From Candidatus Woesebacteria bacterium (GTDB lineage Bacteria > Patescibacteriota > Microgenomatia > UBA8517), in the NCBI GenBank assembly GCA_013374855.1, contig CP055308.1, positions 725,310 to 789,309 on the forward strand: a stretch of 64,000 nt of DNA. Direction: 5' to 3'. A program made the translations under genes and the position numbers. Positions 22,484-33,761 of this stretch are shown here, in pieces (the stretch's first letter is position 1; each line of letters opens with the position of its first letter). The notes under the pieces are model-generated. The model had not been told where the DNA came from, did no database searches, and was given only the letters and a program-made list of their open reading frames with translations.

Positions 22484-23236
22484 TTATCTAATGCAAAAAA
22501 AGTTTGCCACTGGTTTAACCTCACCCAATTTCAAATTATAGTTATAGAAAAAACTAGCAGTTCCTCCATCAAGATTGACAGCATCCGCTATGTTTAGGTC
22601 AAAACCTTTATTAATTTCTTCAATCAAATAAGGAACTTCCTCCAAAGATGGTCCCTTTAAAAAATTATCCTGAGACCAAAAAACCAAAAAAACAGGCTTA
22701 TTCTCACCTGTAACCCCCACAACAACACGCCTTTCAAAAACAGCAGAGCTCTTAATTGCAATTTTTCTGCCATTTTCAAAAACCAAAGGACCAGACTGAA
22801 GAGCAACCCGCAATGGGTCTTGAGGTACTTCTCTAGTAATTCTTGCTGTGTCAAATCTGTTTATAGAAAAAACTGCATTAAAAAGTCTGTTCTTTTGCCA
22901 AGGAGATATTTCTTTTCCTTCAGATATCAAAAGACCTATTGGTTTAAAATAAGGGTCGTAAAAACCACCATTTATTAAATAACTGCAGCCAAACTTATCT
23001 TCAACCTCACTTCCAGAAAGCTTGTTTTCATTCGGATAAAGAAAAACACGATTTGAATCAACAATTATGTAATCAAAATTGTAAACATCATTAAAACCGA
23101 CAATCTTTCTGAATTCAATCTCTTGCTTTGTTCCAAGGGTTTTTTCTTGAAACTTTTTACTTGTATTTAAAAAATAAAAACTCAACAAAGCAAAGCTTAA
23201 AAAAATAAAAATCCCAAAAATCAATTTTTTAATCAT
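22484..23236 (-). CDS. Phosphodiester glycosidase (NAGPA-like) family exported protein
   Basis: INGGFY, QSGP, NLDGG motifs; N-terminal TM. Confidence 0.8.
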   Translation of the reverse strand: MIKKLIFGIFIFLSFALLSFYFLNTSKKFQEKTLGTKQEIEFRKIVGFNDVYNFDYIIVDSNRVFLYPNENKLSGSEVEDKFGCSYLINGGFYDPYFKPIGLLISEGKEISPWQKNRLFNAVFSINRFDTARITREVPQDPLRVALQSGPLVFENGRKIAIKSSAVFERRVVVGVTGENKPVFLVFWSQDNFLKGPSLEEVPYLIEEINKGFDLNIADAVNLDGGTASFFYNYNLKLGEVKPVANFFCIR

Positions 23237-23533
23237 TTTCTAAAGTATAGAATGCAAAGAAAAGGAAAACAAATCAAACGAATAATTAAAAGACAAAATC
23301 AAAAATTTAGAATTAAAATTTAAGATCATCATTACTAAAATCTAAGACTTCTGACTCTTAATTTTTGAATTAACCATCTTTATTTCTTGAAATCTAAATC
23401 TTTTGGTTTTGCATCCTATGTGGTCGATAAATCATAACATATCTCGAAATTCTCATGTACCCCCTTGCTTTAAGACCACCTTACAATTAAAATTATTAAA
23501 GGCTAGGGGTAGGCCTTTATTTTTTGTCTAAAA

Positions 23534-26161
23534 ATGGATATCGGAAAAGTAAGAGAAGTTGAAATAACAGAAGAGCTTTCCAAAAGCTACCTTGACTATG
23601 CAATGAGCGTCATCGTCGCTCGTGCTCTTCCTGATATAAGAGACGGCTTCAAACCAGTTCATCGAAGAATACTTTATGCTATGCACTTGATGGGCTTGGA
23701 ACCCGGAAAACAATTCTCAAAGTCAGCCAAAGTTGTTGGTGAAGTATTGGGTAAATATCATCCACATGGGGATATGGCTGTTTATGATGCTTTAGTGCGC
23801 TTAGCGCAAGATTTTTCGATGAGATATCCCCTTGTTGAAGGGCAGGGAAATTTTGGATCAGTAGACGGCGACCCGCCGGCGGCAATGCGATACACCGAAG
23901 TGAGGCTTTCCAAATACGCGCCTTTCATGCTTGCAGATATCGAAAAGGATACGGTTGACTTTGTTGACAATTTCGATGCAACTCTTAAAGAACCTGTATT
24001 CCTACCTGCGCTTTTACCTAATCTTCTATTAATGGGGTCCGAAGGCATTGCAGTTGGAATGGCCACAAAAATTCCGCCACACAATTTAACTGAGGTATCA
24101 GATGCAATAATCGCTTCAATCCAAAAGGGCAGGGTAGTGTTTTTGGACCAAGAAAAACAAGAAGAAGAAACCGATTTTGTCATCAAAAAAATCAACCTAG
24201 TTGCTGCAGGAGAAGAAGAAAAATTAAAAGATGAAGAGCTGACTCCAAAAAACGTTTCTTTCGAAAGTGACATTACAATTGATGAGCTTGTAAAAATTAT
24301 CCCCGGACCTGACTTTCCAACTGGAGGGGCAATATACGACGCTCAATCTCTAAAAGAGGTATATGCCACAGGCAGAGGAAAAATAATAGTAAGGGGAATA
24401 GCCGAAATAGAAGAGACCAAAGGTGGAAAACAGCAAATAGTAATTTCAGAAATTCCATATCAGGTAAATAAAGCCCAACTTGTAAAAGCAATAGCTGATC
24501 TTGTTAAAGACAAAAAACTAAACGGCATAGCAAACCTAAGAGATGAATCAGACAAGGAAGGACTAAGAGTAGTTGTAGAACTCAAAAGAGATGCAAAACC
24601 AAAATCTGTTCTCAACAATCTCTACAAGCACACTAAACTACAAACTACCTTTCCTGCCAATTTTGTTGCCTTAATTGATGGAACACCGCACCTTGTTAAC
24701 CTAAAACAGATAATAATCGAGTATATTAAACACCGCCAAAGGGTAGTTACAAGAAGAACTATTTTTGAGTTAACTGCAGCCAAAAAACGCGCCCATATCT
24801 TGGAAGGGCTAAAAATCGCACTTGATAATTTAGACGAGGTTATAAAAACAATCAGAAACTCAAAAACTCAAGAGGACGCCAAGAATAACCTTATGTCAAA
24901 ATTTGGACTAACTGCAATTCAGGCAAACGCTATTCTTGATATGCAGTTGCGAAGGCTGGCTGCTTTAGAGCGAGAAAAAATAGAAAAAGAATACGAAGAG
25001 GTTAAAAAGTTAATAGATCGGCTTACCTTAATTCTTAAAAATCCAGAGAAAGTCTTGGAAATTATCAAAAAGGAGGTAGAAGATCTAAAGGAAAAATTCA
25101 AAGACGAGAGAAGAACTAAAATATTCTCCCAAAAGATAGGTGAATTCAAAGAAGAAGATCTTATTCCACTTGAAGAAAACTTAATAACCATTACAAAAAC
25201 CGGCTACATAAAGAGAGTCCCAAGAAATACTTTTAAATCTCAAAAAAGAGGCGGTAAAGGAATAAGCGGAATGGCTGTAAAGGAAGAAGATGAAATAGAA
25301 CACATAGTTGCCGCCACCACGCACGACAATATCCTGTTTTTCACCAACAAAGGAAAAGTTTACGGCAGCAAAGTCTGGGAAATTCCAGAATCATCAAGAA
25401 CATCAAAAGGACAGGCTGTAGTGAACATTATAAACATAGAGCAAGACGAAAAGATAATGTCCATTTTGCCTTTCAAAGAAGCCCAAGAAGACGAATTCTT
25501 CGTAATGGTAACCAAAAAAGGGATTATTAAAAAAACAATGGTGGGCGAATTCAAAAACATGAGAGCTTCTGGAATAATTGCTATCAGATTAGAGAAAGAC
25601 GACCTTTTGGTTTCAGTTGGTAAGACCACAGGATCGGACCATATCTTACTTGTCACAAAAAAGGGGATGTCCATTAGATTTTCTGAAACCGATGTTAGAC
25701 CAATGGGAAGACCAACATCAGGCATGCGGGGTATAAAGCTAATGCCAGAAGATGAGGTTATTGGTATGGATATTTTCAACCCAAAAACTCCCGAAATTAA
25801 AGATAAAAGAAGAAAAACATTCAGGGATATACTAACTGTGTCTGAAAATGGAATTGGTAAAAGAACACCAATCGATCTTTTCCCTCTTCAGAAAAGAGCA
25901 GGGAAGGGGGTTAAAGTAGCGGTTATTAACAACAAAACAGGAAATTTAGCTGCAGTTGCAACAGTTACCGAAAAAGTAGATCAAATAGTCTTAACTTCAG
26001 CATCAGGACAAGTAATCAAGCTTCCTCTCAAAAACATCCCGCAAATGGGAAGATCTACTCAGGGAGTTATTCTTATGAGATTTGCCAAAAAAGATGACTG
26101 GGTTGCGGGAGTTGCCTGCCTCCTTAAAAATCACGAGGAAGAAGAAAATCCTCAAAATTGA
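23534..26161 (+). CDS. gyrA: DNA gyrase subunit A
   Basis: [22 protein letters not shown], GyrA-box QKRGGKG, C-terminal pinwheel repeats. Confidence 0.96.
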   Translation: MDIGKVREVEITEELSKSYLDYAMSVIVARALPDIRDGFKPVHRRILYAMHLMGLEPGKQFSKSAKVVGEVLGKYHPHGDMAVYDALVRLAQDFSMRYPLVEGQGNFGSVDGDPPAAMRYTEVRLSKYAPFMLADIEKDTVDFVDNFDATLKEPVFLPALLPNLLLMGSEGIAVGMATKIPPHNLTEVSDAIIASIQKGRVVFLDQEKQEEETDFVIKKINLVAAGEEEKLKDEELTPKNVSFESDITIDELVKIIPGPDFPTGGAIYDAQSLKEVYATGRGKIIVRGIAEIEETKGGKQQIVISEIPYQVNKAQLVKAIADLVKDKKLNGIANLRDESDKEGLRVVVELKRDAKPKSVLNNLYKHTKLQTTFPANFVALIDGTPHLVNLKQIIIEYIKHRQRVVTRRTIFELTAAKKRAHILEGLKIALDNLDEVIKTIRNSKTQEDAKNNLMSKFGLTAIQANAILDMQLRRLAALEREKIEKEYEEVKKLIDRLTLILKNPEKVLEIIKKEVEDLKEKFKDERRTKIFSQKIGEFKEEDLIPLEENLITITKTGYIKRVPRNTFKSQKRGGKGISGMAVKEEDEIEHIVAATTHDNILFFTNKGKVYGSKVWEIPESSRTSKGQAVVNIINIEQDEKIMSILPFKEAQEDEFFVMVTKKGIIKKTMVGEFKNMRASGIIAIRLEKDDLLVSVGKTTGSDHILLVTKKGMSIRFSETDVRPMGRPTSGMRGIKLMPEDEVIGMDIFNPKTPEIKDKRRKTFRDILTVSENGIGKRTPIDLFPLQKRAGKGVKVAVINNKTGNLAAVATVTEKVDQIVLTSASGQVIKLPLKNIPQMGRSTQGVILMRFAKKDDWVAGVACLLKNHEEEENPQN

Positions 26162-27121
26162 TTAGCCTTGAGATTTGCTGTGAAAAGTATCATAAATTTC
26201 CTTCAGATGTCTATGAGTAACATGAGTGTAAATTTGAGTTGTTTGGATATTTTTATGACCAAGCATTTCCTGAACTGAGCGAATATCAGCTCCTGCCATC
26301 AAAAGATCTGTGGCAAATGAATGGCGCAAGACATGAGGCGTTGCCTCAATCGGCAATTTTACCTTTCTTGAATACTTCTTCAAAATGCGCTGTACCGATC
26401 TAACGCTTAAGCGCATATCCTCATCTGAAGCTGTTGGTTTAACATTTTTAGAATGCCTTATAAAAAGAGGCTTAAACTTGTCTTCGCGTGCAGATAGATA
26501 TTCTTCAAGCCAAGAAACTGCCCTTGATGAAAGAAACACTACACGAGCTCTACCACCTTTTCCAACAACACCAAATTCTCTTCTTTTCAAGTTAACAGTG
26601 TCGCGATTTAAACTTACAAGCTCTGAAACTCGAAGACCCGTTGAAAAAAGCACCTCTAAAATAGCCTTGTCCCTTTTACCAACAATTGTTGATAAAGAAG
26701 GCGCGTTCAAAAGCCTGTCAACATCCTTTCCTGTTAGAAATTTAACCTGTCTTTCAGCAATTTTAGGCAGTTCTATCTTCTCAGGGGCCATCACATCCAA
26801 ATCATTTTTCAAACACCACTTAAGAAAGCTTCTAATAGCTATGCAATGATATCCTTGGGTCTTTCGGGAAAGTGTCCTGCCACGGTTATCTGTAACCCTT
26901 GCCAAGAAAAGACGATACTGGTGAACCAAAGTAGGATTAATGCTTTTAAGATTCAAGGGAATATTTTGCCTTTGCAACCAATAATAAAATCTCATCAAAT
27001 AATGCCTATAGTTTCGAAGGGTTAGGGCAGAGGAGCCTTTTTCAACTTCCAAATATTCCAAAAAATCTTCCAGAGTTTCAAACAGCTGATTCTTTGGTTT
27101 GTCGGACAGATTTTGAACCAT
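26162..27121 (-). CDS. Tyrosine recombinase, XerC/XerD family
   Basis: RDKAILEVLFSTGLRVSEL, GKG, HVLRHSFAT, LGH, TQIY; start moved to ATG 27121 by promoter TTGACA (27155-60), 17 nt, TAGAAT (27132-37). Confidence 0.92.
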   Translation of the reverse strand: MVQNLSDKPKNQLFETLEDFLEYLEVEKGSSALTLRNYRHYLMRFYYWLQRQNIPLNLKSINPTLVHQYRLFLARVTDNRGRTLSRKTQGYHCIAIRSFLKWCLKNDLDVMAPEKIELPKIAERQVKFLTGKDVDRLLNAPSLSTIVGKRDKAILEVLFSTGLRVSELVSLNRDTVNLKRREFGVVGKGGRARVVFLSSRAVSWLEEYLSAREDKFKPLFIRHSKNVKPTASDEDMRLSVRSVQRILKKYSRKVKLPIEATPHVLRHSFATDLLMAGADIRSVQEMLGHKNIQTTQIYTHVTHRHLKEIYDTFHSKSQG

Positions 27122-27622
27122 CAGTAAATTAATTCTAAACCCCCATTTTCTGTTTGTCAATAACATTGTGCGACATTGTAACAATTTACAAAAAATGTTC
27201 ACTAATTTCTATCACCAACTAATCCCTGTCGTCTGCTACTAACTACCAACTACTTATAACAAACAACTCACAATAATTATTCTATAATTAAATTATTATT
27301 GGGGAATACTTTTTCAGATAGAAAAGACCCACTTCTTGCAGCTTTAAAATTGGCTTTACCAAATCAATTATAAGAGGGGTTTCTCAATGAAGATGATTAA
27401 TACATCGTCTTAATAAAGTTGTTTTTATCCCTAAAATACGGACAAAACGACAGAAACAACTTTTTTAATGTTTAACCATTAATCTTCGGGTTTAATTTGG
27501 AAAAATAAAAATAAGAAAGATCAAATAGAAAAGGCAAATAAAAAAAGACCACATTTAATCTGAAATAAAAGAAAATTTAAAAAAAGAGAAATTGGAAATT
27601 CCCCAGTCTTTGATAATTAATT

Positions 27623-27650
27623 ATGTCGTAAAATCTATATTGTGCGACTA
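27623..27650. other. dif-like Xer recombination site
   Basis: ATGTCGTAAAA-TCTATA-TTGTGCGACTA: 11-6-11 imperfect inverted repeat ~500 bp upstream of the xer gene. Confidence 0.65.
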
Positions 27651-28089
27651 AAATAAAGCGAGCACCCCAAACAATTTGTAAAAAACAAAAGACATAAATC
27701 AATATAGGGGAGCAAAATTTTAATATTTTAAAAAGAAAGCAAATAACAATCACCCAAGCCTATTTAAACAAAGCAATCCAAAGGTGATTAACAAACTTCT
27801 ATATGAACAAAAATAAAACTTATCCACAAAACAAACTAGCACTTAGACTTGCCAGGCGATAATAAATCTAAACTACCTATCAAACTATATCAACTAGCCT
27901 CAAATTCCTTTTTCGGTTACTTTTTGTTTTTTAGTTTATTCTAGTTTCCTCTATATTTTCGTGAAAAATAGAAACAATATTCGTGAAAACAAAAACTATG
28001 GGACATACTATAGGTTAATTCATTCTCCCCTCTCCCCCATCGTAATGTCTCTCCTTTTTTAAAAACAAAATCTGCCAAAAAAGTTTTCA

Positions 28090-28860
28090 TTATCGCCCCC
28101 AAGAAGTTGCAAAAAACATAGAAATAAGCACAAAAAAACCTACCAAAAGGTATTCCCTGATAGTTTGAGGAAAAAGCCTACTTTCAAGCTTCGCCTGCAC
28201 TAAACCCAAGAGAACATAGACAAGAGAAGTCAAAAACAAAGAACCAACAACAACCGTCGTTGGCCAGAAGAAAAGCAAAACACTAATTTGTGTCAAAAAA
28301 AAAGACAAGAAAAGCGAATAAACAACAAGATCCTTATCAAAAGAAAAGTTAAGCAGGACCTGCCACAAACCCTGAAAAAAAATTAAAAAACTTGCCGAAA
28401 AAACAAGCAGAGCCTCCCACCATACAAAAAGTTTTAAAGAAAGAATCGTATTAAACAACAGAAAAGAAACAAGAAGTGTCAAAACAAATCCAACACCCCT
28501 TGCAGCTCGCAAAAGCGCAATTGTCCTAATTGCAGCTACGGTAAAGATATTCTGTGTTAGACAAAGTGAATAAACAACCAAACCATAAAACAAAAGAATT
28601 GGTACTTGAGTAAAGATATTAGCAGGTAACAAAAACCAAAAAAAACCAACTCCAATGGTGAACAAAAACGGCAAAACTAAAGAAACCAAAGTAAAATTGA
28701 AACCCAAACCTTCGTAAAGCGACCAGTAAAAAAGTGGTAATGTTAAAATACCCAAAGAAGCAATTCCTATAAACTTATATTTTTGCTCCAAAAATTGTAT
28801 AACGGCAAAGCCCAAAGTTAGCAAAAATGAAGTTATTAGAAACCTTTTGCGCTTACTCAT
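28090..28860 (-). CDS. Polytopic membrane protein of unknown function
   Basis: About 8 hydrophobic segments; RTIALLRAA. Confidence 0.7.
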   Translation of the reverse strand: MSKRKRFLITSFLLTLGFAVIQFLEQKYKFIGIASLGILTLPLFYWSLYEGLGFNFTLVSLVLPFLFTIGVGFFWFLLPANIFTQVPILLFYGLVVYSLCLTQNIFTVAAIRTIALLRAARGVGFVLTLLVSFLLFNTILSLKLFVWWEALLVFSASFLIFFQGLWQVLLNFSFDKDLVVYSLFLSFFLTQISVLLFFWPTTVVVGSLFLTSLVYVLLGLVQAKLESRLFPQTIREYLLVGFFVLISMFFATSWGR

Positions 28861-28866
28861 TCAAAA

Positions 28867-29598
28867 TCAACTCAGAATTGACTCGTCGTAATCAAGATTA
28901 GAGTAGACATTCTGAACATCTTCATGGCTCTCAAGAGACTCAATAAAAGAAATAACTTTCTTAACATCATCTTTATTCTGTAAAGACATATATGTCCTTG
29001 GTTTTTTAACTAGGTCTGAAGAAACAAGAATATAGCCCAAAGCTTCAATTTTACCTTTAATTTCTTGAAACTTATCAACAGGAGCATAAACCTCAAAAGC
29101 TTCTCCAACATCATCAATATCCTCTACCCCCAAATCAATAAGTGAAAGTATCTGTGAATCAGGATCTGAGGTCTTGTCAATTACAAATACAGACTTCTGT
29201 TCAAAATTATAGGAAACTGCACCAGGTCCGGCCAAACTCCCCCCCGCCCTTTCAAAAAGATTTTTAATTTCCTGCGCAGTTCTGTTTCTGTTGTTTGTAA
29301 CAGCATCTACAATCACCCCAACACCAAATGGCCCATACCCCTCGTAGGTAACTTCCTCCAAATCCCCCATTTCTTGGCTTCTCTGAAGAATTCTTTCAAT
29401 ATTGGCTTTTGGCATATTATCCGCTTTTGCTTGTTCTATAGCAAAACGAAGCCTTGAATTAAGCTCAGGATCTGCGCTTCCCCCTGTCTTAATAGCAAGA
29501 GCAATAGCCTTAGAGTGACGGGAAAAAATCTTGCCTTTAGCTTGATCTTTTGCCTCCTTTTGTCTTTTAATTGTCGCAAAATGAGAATGCCCACTCAT
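28867..29598 (-). CDS. yebC: YebC/PmpR family protein
   Basis: MSGHSHFATIKRQK, YEGYGP, NRNRT, DVQNVYSN. Confidence 0.95.
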   Translation of the reverse strand: MSGHSHFATIKRQKEAKDQAKGKIFSRHSKAIALAIKTGGSADPELNSRLRFAIEQAKADNMPKANIERILQRSQEMGDLEEVTYEGYGPFGVGVIVDAVTNNRNRTAQEIKNLFERAGGSLAGPGAVSYNFEQKSVFVIDKTSDPDSQILSLIDLGVEDIDDVGEAFEVYAPVDKFQEIKGKIEALGYILVSSDLVKKPRTYMSLQNKDDVKKVISFIESLESHEDVQNVYSNLDYDESILS

Positions 29599-29651
29599 AA
29601 TTACACTTGACAGCTATTATACAACACTTATACTTTTTCTTAAAGCAAGAA

Positions 29652-30338
29652 ATGGATGATTTATCTCAAAAAGCAATAACAGCCGCTACCTCCGGAAACT
29701 GGAATGAGGCAATAGATATCAATCTTAAAATTCTGAAAAATTCCCCAGAGGATATAGACGCTCTAAACAGATTAGCCAAAGCCTACGCCGAATTAGGCAA
29801 AATTCCAAAGGCAATTTCAACCGTAAGAAAGGTGTTAAAAATCAATCCATTCGATCGAATAGCCAGCAAAAACCTGGAAAAATGGAAAAAAGCAAAATCA
29901 GGTCAAACATCACCTTGCAATCAAGCAACCGCTGATAGCTTTATCGAAGAGCCAGGAAAAACCAAAATTGTTTCTCTTGTTTACACTGCAGACCCAAAAA
30001 CAATAGCATCTCTTGATGCAGGAGATGAGGTTTCTATTCTCCTAAAGGGAGGTTCCCTGCAAATATTGACAAAAGACGGAAGATACATTGGCAGGTTAAC
30101 CGACGATATAGCTTCAAGATTAAAGAAATTAATAAAAATGGGTAACATCTATCAACTGTTTATTAAAAGCATAGAATCAAACAAAGTAAAAGTATTCATA
30201 AGAGAGGTCAAAAGATCTAAGAAAGCAGAGAAAATTCCATCCTTCATAGGTGAAAAAATTGATTATGTTCCATTTACTCCACCCGAACTTGTTCACAATA
30301 AAGAAGAAATAAAACTTACAGAAGAAGAGGAGGAATAA
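29652..30338 (+). CDS. Tetratricopeptide-repeat protein
   Basis: WNEAIDINLKIL...DALNRLAKAY...KVLKINP TPRs; FIEEPGKTK. Confidence 0.75.
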   Translation: MDDLSQKAITAATSGNWNEAIDINLKILKNSPEDIDALNRLAKAYAELGKIPKAISTVRKVLKINPFDRIASKNLEKWKKAKSGQTSPCNQATADSFIEEPGKTKIVSLVYTADPKTIASLDAGDEVSILLKGGSLQILTKDGRYIGRLTDDIASRLKKLIKMGNIYQLFIKSIESNKVKVFIREVKRSKKAEKIPSFIGEKIDYVPFTPPELVHNKEEIKLTEEEEE

Positions 30339-30342
30339 TTCC

Positions 30343-31236
30343 TTACCACCTTACCAAAAACTTCTTCCCTATCTTTATTACTACCTCGTTGATTTCCAAA
30401 GGAAAAGGAGCAAACTTATCTTTTTTGCAACCAAAAACAGAGGCAAAGACATTAGCAATATTCTCATCTTTGGAATAAACAAGGCAATCAATATTTGAGG
30501 AATTCTGGTTTTCTACAGAAATCAACCTAGCCCCCATTGTATCAAAAACCTTACTCATCTTACTAACCACAATGGAATTTCCAGATTCATTAATAACAGA
30601 GACAAAAACTTCTCTTTCCTCAAAAAGAGGTTCTCTTAGATAAGACAGGAGACTAACTGGTAAATCAGCGTCGATTAAAAACCCACTTTGACCAGTCTTA
30701 AGTGTAACTTCTTTAAGCATCCCAGAATTAGTTAATCTAACTCTATCAACCTTCATCCGACCAAGAGTAGAGACAAAAGCCAATTTTGTACGTAAAAATA
30801 AATCTATGTTCGTATTACGCAAAAAAACAAAATAATTAAACTTAAAAAAAGGGCCACCATCAACAAAAATTTTATCTCTGGGAGCCATCCAAAGATAAAC
30901 AGGAATAAAAAAGTTCTTACGAACAGTGCTAACAAGAAGTCTGCCACCACCAATTTTCTCCTGTTCTCCAAGTTGCCAAACAGACCCCAATTCCCATTGA
31001 CCAAGATTATAGGAAACATCAACTTGTGTATTTTTAGGAATATCTATTATAAGGATCCCCTTTCGTGTAAAATCAAAATTTACAACATAAACACTATCTA
31101 CCCCCATCGAAACAAAAAGAATTCTTTTATCTTTCTTCCTTACAAACAAAATGGTCAAAATTAAAAGACATAAAAACAACAATAAAATGAAAAATAACCT
31201 CCTATTCTTTCCTTTACTTTTCTGCTTATAATACAT
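30343..31236 (-). CDS. Membrane-anchored LCP-like protein with LytR_C-like tail
   Basis: N-terminal TM, IDIPKNT, VSVINESG...IKIG. Confidence 0.5.
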   Translation of the reverse strand: MYYKQKSKGKNRRLFFILLLFLCLLILTILFVRKKDKRILFVSMGVDSVYVVNFDFTRKGILIIDIPKNTQVDVSYNLGQWELGSVWQLGEQEKIGGGRLLVSTVRKNFFIPVYLWMAPRDKIFVDGGPFFKFNYFVFLRNTNIDLFLRTKLAFVSTLGRMKVDRVRLTNSGMLKEVTLKTGQSGFLIDADLPVSLLSYLREPLFEEREVFVSVINESGNSIVVSKMSKVFDTMGARLISVENQNSSNIDCLVYSKDENIANVFASVFGCKKDKFAPFPLEINEVVIKIGKKFLVRW

Positions 31237-31238
31237 AG

Positions 31239-32954
31239 CTAGCCTCGAGATATTGTATGTTGCCTTCTTAAACTTCTTAAATTCAAACTTATCTCAGACT
31301 TACTTTTCCCCAAAGCAGCCAAAACCGAAGAGACTATCCCAAGCGCTGCTTCAAATTCCGGTTGCACCACTTTGTCCACTCTTAAAAACCCAAGCCTGTG
31401 AAAATCTTCATCTAAGTGAGCTCGGGCAAATATCTTAACAGAAGAAGAAATAGTTTGAATCTGAGTAATTAGTTCCTCTTGAGCACCCCTATCCGGTATC
31501 GCTATAACTACGCACAATGCGCTACCCATACTTGCCTTGTCAATAATTTCAGGCTGACAAACATCTCCATATATTGTTTTGAAACCTTTTAGTTTTGCCT
31601 CTCTAATTGATTTTTCATTATAATCAACAACCAAAAAATCCACCCCCAACGAATCAAGAGCCCTACAAACCCACTTGCCTACTCTTCCATAACCACAAAC
31701 TACAATATGACCTGTCAAATTAAAACTATCTTCGCTATTCGACAAGCCTTTATCTAAATGTCTTTCCTTCAAAAACTTTATCCAAAAATGCGACTTTGAA
31801 AAATAGAAAGAAATTTTCTTCCAAAAATAAAAACGGAAGTTAAAAACAAAAGGACTAAAAACCAAAGACAAAACAGTAATCGCAACTCCCAACGAAAAAA
31901 CTTCTTTGCTTATAACCCCATAATTAGCACTTTGAGAAAAAACAATAAAAGCAAACTCTCCAACTTGTGTAAGACCTATACTTGAAAAAAAGGCTATCCT
32001 ACCCCGATAACCAAACAAAAAATTAACAAATAAAAAGACAAAGAATTTAACAGCAAAAACAAGAAAAAGCAACAAAACTATTCTCCCAAAATTTCCATAT
32101 ATAAATTGAAAAGAAAGACCAAATCCCAACGTCACAAAAAATAAAGCTACAAAAAGATCCCTTAGAGGCCTTGTTTCAGAAAACACAGCATGCTTTTCTT
32201 GCGTCTCAGAAATAACAAGCCCCGCAAGAAAGGCACCAATTGCAGCAGAAAATCCAAAAAAATTGGCAAGAAGAGCCGTTCCCAAAGCAAAAACAAACGA
32301 AACAAGAAGTAAAACTTCCCGTGAGTTAAGAATTGCAACTTGATGAATCACAAAAGGAACAACTCTCTTGGCAAAATAAAAAGCCGTCACAAGAAGAAAT
32401 GTAGCCTTAATAGAAGAAATAGCCAAAGAACCAAAAGAAAATCCCTCCCCCACAGAAAGAGAATTAACCAGAATCATAATAGGTAAAACTGCCAAATCCT
32501 GAACTATCAACCAGCCAATCATCAACTGACCATAGACAGACTCCAGCTCTCCTTTTTCTGAAAGAATTTTTACCACAACCGCAGTAGATGAAAGCGAAAA
32601 GCCCAATGACAAAATTAAAGCAGATCTTACATCAAAACCTAAAAATCGAATAAATAAAATGAAAATTAAAGTAGAAAAAAGTATTTGTAAAAACCCACCC
32701 AATAAAGCAATCTTAAAAACTTTTTCGATTCTTTTTAGAGACATCTCTACACCTAAAGAAAAAAGAAGCAAAATTGCCCCGATTTCCGCCAATTTCTCCA
32801 CTTCCCAAAAGCCAAGTGGCAGAAAAGAAGATACCAAAACACCAGCCAAAATATAACCCACAAACGCCTCTACTTTAAAAAGTAAGACCAAAATTCCTCC
32901 AACCAAAGATGCTATAAGAAAAAAGAAAATCGCAGTTATTAAAGAAGAATCCAT
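31239..32954 (-). CDS. Cation:proton antiporter CPA2 with TrkA_N domain
   Basis: LSSTAVV, QDLA, QVGEFAF; VVCGYGRVG. Confidence 0.92.
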   Translation of the reverse strand: MDSSLITAIFFFLIASLVGGILVLLFKVEAFVGYILAGVLVSSFLPLGFWEVEKLAEIGAILLLFSLGVEMSLKRIEKVFKIALLGGFLQILFSTLIFILFIRFLGFDVRSALILSLGFSLSSTAVVVKILSEKGELESVYGQLMIGWLIVQDLAVLPIMILVNSLSVGEGFSFGSLAISSIKATFLLVTAFYFAKRVVPFVIHQVAILNSREVLLLVSFVFALGTALLANFFGFSAAIGAFLAGLVISETQEKHAVFSETRPLRDLFVALFFVTLGFGLSFQFIYGNFGRIVLLLFLVFAVKFFVFLFVNFLFGYRGRIAFFSSIGLTQVGEFAFIVFSQSANYGVISKEVFSLGVAITVLSLVFSPFVFNFRFYFWKKISFYFSKSHFWIKFLKERHLDKGLSNSEDSFNLTGHIVVCGYGRVGKWVCRALDSLGVDFLVVDYNEKSIREAKLKGFKTIYGDVCQPEIIDKASMGSALCVVIAIPDRGAQEELITQIQTISSSVKIFARAHLDEDFHRLGFLRVDKVVQPEFEAALGIVSSVLAALGKSKSEISLNLRSLRRQHTISRG

Positions 32955-32996
32955 ATAAATCCATTTTAGAAGAAAAACAAGGCCCTGTAAACAAAA

Positions 32997-33761
32997 TTAG
33001 TTTATTTTTTCAAGTTTTTCCAAAGTTTGTTGAAGATCAGAAGGCAGATCACTCACTAATTCAATCTTCCTAGAATCCACCGGGTGAAAAAAACAAAGAT
33101 AAAAAGCGTGCAAAAAAAGGCGCGGACACCATAAAAGATCATTTCTCGATACCTTTCTCCCAGCATAAAAAGTATCAGAAACCAAAGGATTACCTAAATA
33201 TTTAAAATGTACTCTAATCTGGTGAGTCCTTCCAGTTTTTGGAAATATTTTAACCAAGCTAAAAAATTCACCCGTATTCTTGTTTTTATAAACAGCTTCA
33301 AGTTGGTAAAAAGTACTCGCTTCCCTACCCCCAGGGAAAACTCCAAAACGTTCTCTGTTCCAAGGCAATCTACCCACAGGAGCATTTATCTCGCCCTGAA
33401 GGCAAGAAATCCTGCCATGAGCTAAAGCAAGATAACCCTTTTTTATCTCCCTTTTCTTGAATTGACTTTGCAAAGCAAAAAAAACATTTCTCTCTTTTGC
33501 CACCAGAACAAGACCACTTGTAGGTTTATCTAAACGGTGCACTATTCCACTTCTCAAATTCTCATCAGATGAGATAGTGTAAGAAAAATTTTTCTTTAGG
33601 TAATCTTGCAAAACAAAATCATCGCTTCTTATTGTAGAAGAATCGTTTACCACCCAACCTGCTGGTTTGTCGAAAACTAAGATAAAATCATCCTCAAAAA
33701 CCACACGAGGAAAAATCTTTTTTGGAGCTATTTCTCCTTTTCGGCTTGACATTTGGCACAC
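32997..33761 (-). CDS. RluA-family pseudouridine synthase (start uncertain)
   Basis: DKPAG, HRLDKPTSG, TGRTHQIRVH, LFLHA. Confidence 0.93.
   Translation of the reverse strand: MCQMSSRKGEIAPKKIFPRVVFEDDFILVFDKPAGWVVNDSSTIRSDDFVLQDYLKKNFSYTISSDENLRSGIVHRLDKPTSGLVLVAKERNVFFALQSQFKKREIKKGYLALAHGRISCLQGEINAPVGRLPWNRERFGVFPGGREASTFYQLEAVYKNKNTGEFFSLVKIFPKTGRTHQIRVHFKYLGNPLVSDTFYAGRKVSRNDLLWCPRLFLHAFYLCFFHPVDSRKIELVSDLPSDLQQTLEKLEKIN

Noticed and set aside
26162-27121. Tyrosine recombinase as a prophage/island integrase
   Set aside because: XerC/D-like size and motifs, host-like composition and housekeeping neighbours
27200-28089. oriC candidate: long AT-rich intergenic region with a perfect DnaA box TTATCCACA (27820-28)
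   Set aside because: Only one clear box, no dnaA/dnaN nearby and no visible strand-skew inversion
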